Below, in pieces: positions 37,498 through 42,137 of a DNA stretch of 42,137 nucleotides (its first letter is position 1; each line of letters starts with the position of its first letter). The position numbers were made by a program, and so were the translations under genes. Source of the stretch: Bdellovibrionota bacterium. GTDB lineage: Bacteria; Bdellovibrionota_C; UBA2361; OMII01. The stretch lies in the NCBI GenBank assembly GCA_044356215.1, contig JBIKWQ010000026.1, positions 1 to 42,137 on the forward strand. The letters run 5' to 3'. The notes beneath the pieces were generated by a model. It had not been told where the DNA came from and made no database searches. It was given only the letters and a program-made list of their open reading frames with translations.

Positions 37498-38748
37498 ATG
37501 GCGGATAAGAAAGACGACAAGCCCACTATTATCGTTAAGAAAGGTGGCCACGGTGGCCACCACGGTGGCGCGTGGAAGATCGCCTACGCGGACTTCACAA
37601 CGGCGATGATGTGTTTCTTTCTCTGTATGTGGCTAATCAATACAGCCTCTATTACTACACGCCAAGCGATAGCGTCCTATTTCAGAAAACCATCGATCTT
37701 CCAAGAAGGATCGGGTCAACCACTATTGCTTGGTGGAGAGGGTATATTAAATGACGCGCTGAGGCCTTTAAAAACTAAGGATCCACGAAAGATCACGAAG
37801 GTTATGGAGGACGAGATGACCTTTGGAGAGATGGATAAAAACCTAGACAAGCTCTACCAACAGGAGGGTCGTGTTGAGCCCGTTAAGAATCGTGGAGCAA
37901 CCGAGGCGACCGGATTAAACTCTGATAAGAAATCCGTTGAGGATACGCGTAAAGAGGTGAAGCTTAGGATTATGGCCGAGCAGATGCGCGGCCAAGTGGA
38001 GCGACTCTTTAACTCGCTCCCTCCAGCGGCGCGTCTTCCCGGAACGATCGAAACCCGGGCGGATCCGGATGGACTCAGCATCGATATAATGGATAACGAG
38101 AGCTACTCGATGTTCGATAATGGCAGCTCAAGGATCAAGCCTGACGCCGAAGCCGCGTTTAAGTCAGTTGCTGATATAATAAAGCTCTATCCAAATCTTT
38201 TAGAGATCTCTGGTCACACCGACGCTAATCCATATCCATCTCAGACCGGAGCATACACCAACTGGGAACTATCAGCGGATCGCGCTAACACGGCTCGAAG
38301 ACTTCTAGAAAGCTATGGCTATCCGAGTGAGCGAATAGTAAGTGTTATCGGCAAAGCCTCAAGTGAACCAAGAGTCGCGGATAAACCACTAGATCCAACA
38401 AACCGTCGCATCTCTCTACGACTTAGATTTCAAACCTTCACTAACTTCCTCGATCCGAAGCAGAAGCAGGAGTACAACGATCCTCTAAAAGGTATCCTCG
38501 AAGATGAAGCGGCGAATAAATCCGCTGTATTCACTCCTGAACCAACACCGACACCGAAAGTAGTAGTGACAGGTGGTGTATATCCCCCCCCTCCACCAGA
38601 ACCAACGCCCTCAACCCTTAGCACGGCGCCGAAAGTACAGCTTCCTGATGTGCCACCAAATACAAAGAATCCCGACTTTATGCCTCAAGATAAAGTTTTT
38701 GAGGACAATCCTGTTTTGGGTTCACGCGATATGATTGCGCTTCCTTGA
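37498..38748 (+). CDS. motB: Flagellar stator MotB
   Basis: HHGGAWKIAYADFTTAMM.FF, ISGHTDA, NWELSADRAN, NRRI; Pro-rich C-terminal tail. Confidence 0.95.
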   Translation: MADKKDDKPTIIVKKGGHGGHHGGAWKIAYADFTTAMMCFFLCMWLINTASITTRQAIASYFRKPSIFQEGSGQPLLLGGEGILNDALRPLKTKDPRKITKVMEDEMTFGEMDKNLDKLYQQEGRVEPVKNRGATEATGLNSDKKSVEDTRKEVKLRIMAEQMRGQVERLFNSLPPAARLPGTIETRADPDGLSIDIMDNESYSMFDNGSSRIKPDAEAAFKSVADIIKLYPNLLEISGHTDANPYPSQTGAYTNWELSADRANTARRLLESYGYPSERIVSVIGKASSEPRVADKPLDPTNRRISLRLRFQTFTNFLDPKQKQEYNDPLKGILEDEAANKSAVFTPEPTPTPKVVVTGGVYPPPPPEPTPSTLSTAPKVQLPDVPPNTKNPDFMPQDKVFEDNPVLGSRDMIALP

Positions 38749-38771
38749 AACCGTGATGTAGCTTAAGGTCC

Positions 38772-39161
38772 ATGAGAAAACTTCAAACATTAGCAAGCTT
38801 AGCCCTGGCCATCGGTGTCGCCTGTGGAGCCTTTGGTGCTCACGGTTTAAAGAACGTAGTCCCCGCCTCTGATCTACTAATCTGGGAGAAGGGAGTATTC
38901 TATCAACTGATTCACGCCTTAGGGGCATTGATACTTTTGGTATCAAGTATTGACGGACTGAATCAGAGAACCAGAGTGAAGATCGCGGGGCTGTTATTAG
39001 TTTCAGTCGTGATCTTCTCAGGAAGCCTCTATCTTTTAGTATTAACAAACCAGCGCTGGCTTGGGGCTATCACTCCGATCGGAGGAATTGGCTTTATCGT
39101 GTCGTGGCTTTGGTTGGGGTGGGGGTGCTGGCGTGGAGAAGAAATTAATAAAATCGCGTAG
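38772..39161 (+). CDS. DUF423 (YgdD/TMEM256) membrane protein
   Basis: GAFGAHGL, YQLIHA, FSGSLY, LGAITPIGG. Confidence 0.92.
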   Translation: MRKLQTLASLALAIGVACGAFGAHGLKNVVPASDLLIWEKGVFYQLIHALGALILLVSSIDGLNQRTRVKIAGLLLVSVVIFSGSLYLLVLTNQRWLGAITPIGGIGFIVSWLWLGWGCWRGEEINKIA

Positions 39162-39192
39162 ATAGCTATAATGATTACATTGCAGCTTTATT

Positions 39193-39227
39193 TTTGCAAT
39201 GCAAATGCAATGAATTTGCATTGCAAA
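39193..39227. repeat. Perfect 14-bp inverted repeat
   Basis: TTTGCAATGCAAAT-N7-ATTTGCATTGCAAA. Confidence 0.7.
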
Positions 39228-39393
39228 TTTGCGGCGAGAAGCTCGGCACGCGCATGATCCGAATGCAAACAGCGCTTCGTCAAAACGGCAACCCACCCTA
39301 CTCTATATCGGCCACGAATTTTTTCTCCATTCGATTTCTGCCATGCGTTCAAAAGGATGCCGGCGTTACACTATGTGAATAGTGGGCGGCCCC

Positions 39394-40302
39394 CTACTGC
39401 CCCTTAAACATCCCCCGAGCCATCGCAACTATCCCGCCTACATCTGTTAAGTTCGCAGGCAGCACAACAGTATTACTCTTCTCTGCTATACGACCCAACT
39501 GCGGGAGGTACTGCTCGGCGATTCTAAGCTCCATAGCCAGCTTGCCTCCATCGCTCTGAAGAGCTGTGCCTACCATGCGGAGTCCCTCCGCTGTCGCGCG
39601 AGCTACTTCAAGGATCGCCTCTGCCTCTCCCTTAGCTGTGTTAATCTGCGACATCATGCTGGCCTCAGACTCTTTGATCTGTCGCTGCTTCTCACCCTCG
39701 GCGTTGTTGATAGCCGCGTCTCGCTGTCCCTCAGAAGCTAGGATCGCCGCGCGTTTCTCACGCTCAGCTTTCATCTGCTTCTCCATCGCTGTGATTACTT
39801 CACTTGGTGGGGTGATATTCTTTATCTCATAACGTAAGACTTTAACTCCCCAAGCCTCCGCCGCTTTATCGACCTCCGCGACTACGTTAGCGTTAATGTT
39901 TGCCCGCGCTTCGAAGGTCTTATCAAGCTCAATTTTTCCTATCTCACTACGTAGGGTTGTTTGCGCCAACTGCACGATACCGAAAGTGTAATCATCGATT
40001 CCGTAAGAGGCTGCTTGAGCATCGATCACTCGCACATAAACGATTCCATCCACACCTACCTGAACGTTATCGCTGGTAATGCAGATCTGCTCAGGGATGT
40101 CTAAGACCTGCTCCTTAACTGAGTGGCGGTAACGCACCTTGTCGATGTATGGGATCAAGATATGGAAACCGGCATCAAGAGTTCCTTGATACTGACCAAG
40201 CCTCTCAACAACATAACGCATCTGTTGGGGTACGATAACCGCGCCCTTCGATATCGTAAGGAAAACCAAGAAAAGAACGCCAAAAATTAGAAATTGCAAC
40301 AT
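39394..40302 (-). CDS. SPFH/band 7 (QmcA/paraslipin-like) protein
   Basis: VVERLG.Y, Q.CIT.DNV, AQTTLRSEIG, WGVKVLRYEIK, QMKAEREKRA. Confidence 0.93.
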   Translation of the reverse strand: MLQFLIFGVLFLVFLTISKGAVIVPQQMRYVVERLGQYQGTLDAGFHILIPYIDKVRYRHSVKEQVLDIPEQICITSDNVQVGVDGIVYVRVIDAQAASYGIDDYTFGIVQLAQTTLRSEIGKIELDKTFEARANINANVVAEVDKAAEAWGVKVLRYEIKNITPPSEVITAMEKQMKAEREKRAAILASEGQRDAAINNAEGEKQRQIKESEASMMSQINTAKGEAEAILEVARATAEGLRMVGTALQSDGGKLAMELRIAEQYLPQLGRIAEKSNTVVLPANLTDVGGIVAMARGMFKGQ

Positions 40303-40327
40303 AAGTTCTATCCTCTCACCTAATAAA

Positions 40328-40753
40328 CTAAAGCGCTTTTACCAAGAGAGTTATCCCCTCACTCGCCACAACTTTGGCTTCGGCTCCAGCGCCAATACTC
40401 GACTCACCGATATTTTTCACACGCCACACAGTCCCCCACAACTCACCGGAGCCAGTCGCTCCAGGAGCGATCTCCTGAGAAACTCGTATGATATTTCCTA
40501 TTACATCCTCACTACCGTGTTGTTTCTTTTGGGGTCTAATCGCCGCTCTTCTGCCGACTAATACCCAGGACAGAAGCGAAACTACTGAGAAGGTAGCTAC
40601 CTGTGCTTCCCAGCTAGCTAGTAAGCCAAGCTGCATGACAGCTCCTACTACAATCGCACCCAGCCCCAGAAACAAGAGAAAGAAACTACTAGGAATCAGT
40701 AGCTCTAAGTTCGCTAAAACAACACCAGCTATTAACCAGATCCATGTGCTCAT
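40328..40753 (-). CDS. NfeD-like (YbbJ) membrane protein
   Basis: W...G..L..LELL.P..F; C-terminal G..ELWGT.W OB fold; upstream of the SPFH gene. Confidence 0.88.
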   Translation of the reverse strand: MSTWIWLIAGVVLANLELLIPSSFFLLFLGLGAIVVGAVMQLGLLASWEAQVATFSVVSLLSWVLVGRRAAIRPQKKQHGSEDVIGNIIRVSQEIAPGATGSGELWGTVWRVKNIGESSIGAGAEAKVVASEGITLLVKAL

Positions 40754-40787
40754 AAGCCTCTAGATAAAAACTCTCAGTAGTTACCGC

Positions 40788-41966
40788 TCACGAGAATAAC
40801 CTCTCAAGCGCCTCTTTCCAAGGTAATATATAGACTCCATTATCAAGCCTGCGAGCCGCCGACTCGTTTGAGATCACCCAAGCCTCTTCGTGGCTAATCG
40901 CGTCTTTAAGAGCTGAGATGTGAGTTAAGTGCTCAGTAGTCACCCTCGAGGTTGATTTAATCTCAATAAGAATCTTTCTTCGGCCAGGTTTAACCACGAT
41001 CAGATCGATCTCCGCTCCGTCCTTGGTCCTGAGATAATAAAATTTGAAATCTCGCTCAAGATAGCTGTTCAGTCTCACGCACTCGCAAATTATCCACTGC
41101 TCAAACAGCTTGCCAAACTCACTGCTTCCCTCTCTCAAAATGACTTCGCTCTGGTGAGATAGAAACCGCTGAACACCACAGTCAAAGAGGTAAAATTTTG
41201 GTTTCTGAGCTTGGCGTACCCTGACCGACTCATGGAACGGCTCAATAAAAAAACCTATCATGGTGTCAGCCAGTATTTCGAAATATCTGGCGACCGTCTT
41301 GTCATCAACACCGCTCTTCTCGGCGATGTTCCTGTAGTTTATTATCTCGCCATTTACCTGAGCCGCGAACTCCAAGAACTCACGAAACGAAACGATATCG
41401 CGCACAAGCTGCTCTAGCTGAACCTCTTGCTTAAGGTATGTTTGACAGTAGGTTCGCAGATAACGTCGCTTGTCATCTACATCGGTGTAATCAAATATCT
41501 TTGGTAGAGTCCCCCACGATAAGATCTCGGCCAGAGATGCCGATGATGGAAGTTCGCGGTGAGTAAAGGGAAATAGTGAGAGGGAGAATGCTCGTCCACC
41601 AAGGAGATTCGCACCGCCGTGCTTTAACTTCCTCGCGCTTGATCCCGTGAGCACAAATTGAATCGATCGGTGCCTCTCGATCAGTCCGTGCACAACATCA
41701 AGCAGTTTAGGGACCTTCTGCACTTCATCGATAATTACTCGCCGATAGCGATCCGGCTCGGCCTGTATCTGCTCTTTTAATTTATTGGGGCTCCTTGAGA
41801 AGAGATCTTCTTGGTCGGGATCGAGGAGGTCGATTAAGAGAGTATCGTTCTGGGGGGCCGGTAAAAGGTTATACCGATCTTGCAAAAGTGTAGTTTTGCC
41901 TGTTCCGCGGGCTCCGAACAGAAAAAAGCTGTTTTGTTTCGGTAGATTACATATTCTGCGGATCAT
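40788..41966 (-). CDS. AAA+ ATPase (AAA_14) with DUF4143 domain
   Basis: FGARGTGKTT, IDEVQKVP.LLD, LTGSSARKL..G.NLLGGRA, KFYLFDCG, FEQW, EIDL....IEIKS. Confidence 0.92.
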   Translation of the reverse strand: MIRRICNLPKQNSFFLFGARGTGKTTLLQDRYNLLPAPQNDTLLIDLLDPDQEDLFSRSPNKLKEQIQAEPDRYRRVIIDEVQKVPKLLDVVHGLIERHRSIQFVLTGSSARKLKHGGANLLGGRAFSLSLFPFTHRELPSSASLAEILSWGTLPKIFDYTDVDDKRRYLRTYCQTYLKQEVQLEQLVRDIVSFREFLEFAAQVNGEIINYRNIAEKSGVDDKTVARYFEILADTMIGFFIEPFHESVRVRQAQKPKFYLFDCGVQRFLSHQSEVILREGSSEFGKLFEQWIICECVRLNSYLERDFKFYYLRTKDGAEIDLIVVKPGRRKILIEIKSTSRVTTEHLTHISALKDAISHEEAWVISNESAARRLDNGVYILPWKEALERLFS

Positions 41967-42008
41967 ACTCCGAAAATGTACGCCATTTCCGGAGCGATGT
42001 CAACTAGC

Positions 42009-42056
42009 CAGGGGCCACAGTGTTTTTGGTAATCCACTGGGATAGTAAGTAAAATA
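42009..42056 (-). mobile_element. Degenerate single MITE end
   Basis: CAGGGGCCACAGTGTTTTTGGTAATCCACTGGGATAG..AGTAAAATA resembles the MITE right end. Confidence 0.55.
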
Positions 42057-42102
42057 CTAACTACTCAGAAAATGATGCCGTAATAACGTTCGCACCTATT
42101 AA

Positions 42103-42137
42103 TGGGGCGTCGCAGTTCTTTATCACCACAGAGGACG
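42103..42137 (+). mobile_element. MITE left end, cut by the window boundary
   Basis: TGGGGCGTCGCAGTTCTTTATCACCACAGAGGACG matches the start of the full copies. Confidence 0.85.

Noticed and set aside
1..42137. tRNA, rRNA or prophage genes
   Set aside because: None recognised by eye; a tRNAscan-SE/Infernal run would be needed to exclude small RNAs

Overview
Bacterial chromosomal window from a flagellated organism (csrA-fliW, motA-motB, a sigma54-type promoter). A Deltaproteobacteria/Bdellovibrionota-like host is my inference only. Left part: a C45 Ntn-hydrolase lipoprotein, an ArnT-like glycosyltransferase, a large repeat beta-propeller surface protein, and a rhodopsin-crtI-crtB-crtY-blh cluster (DTE-motif xanthorhodopsin-type pump, no crtE in the cluster). 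Middle (about 13-27.5 kb): an accessory zone with an AAA/DUF4143 ATPase, toxin-antitoxin modules, a duplicated nucleotidyltransferase + small-protein pair, and four genes that kept both ends but lost their cores. Right part: mostly housekeeping and motility genes (fliW, csrA, htpX, cyclophilin, DsbA-like, motAB, SPFH/NfeD). The clearest unannotated structure is a ~163-bp MITE with (T/C)AGGG-like termini, 9-10 bp target-site duplications at four full copies and an internal REP-like hairpin. Two further palindromic repeat families are present. All calls come from reading motifs by eye; no searches were run.
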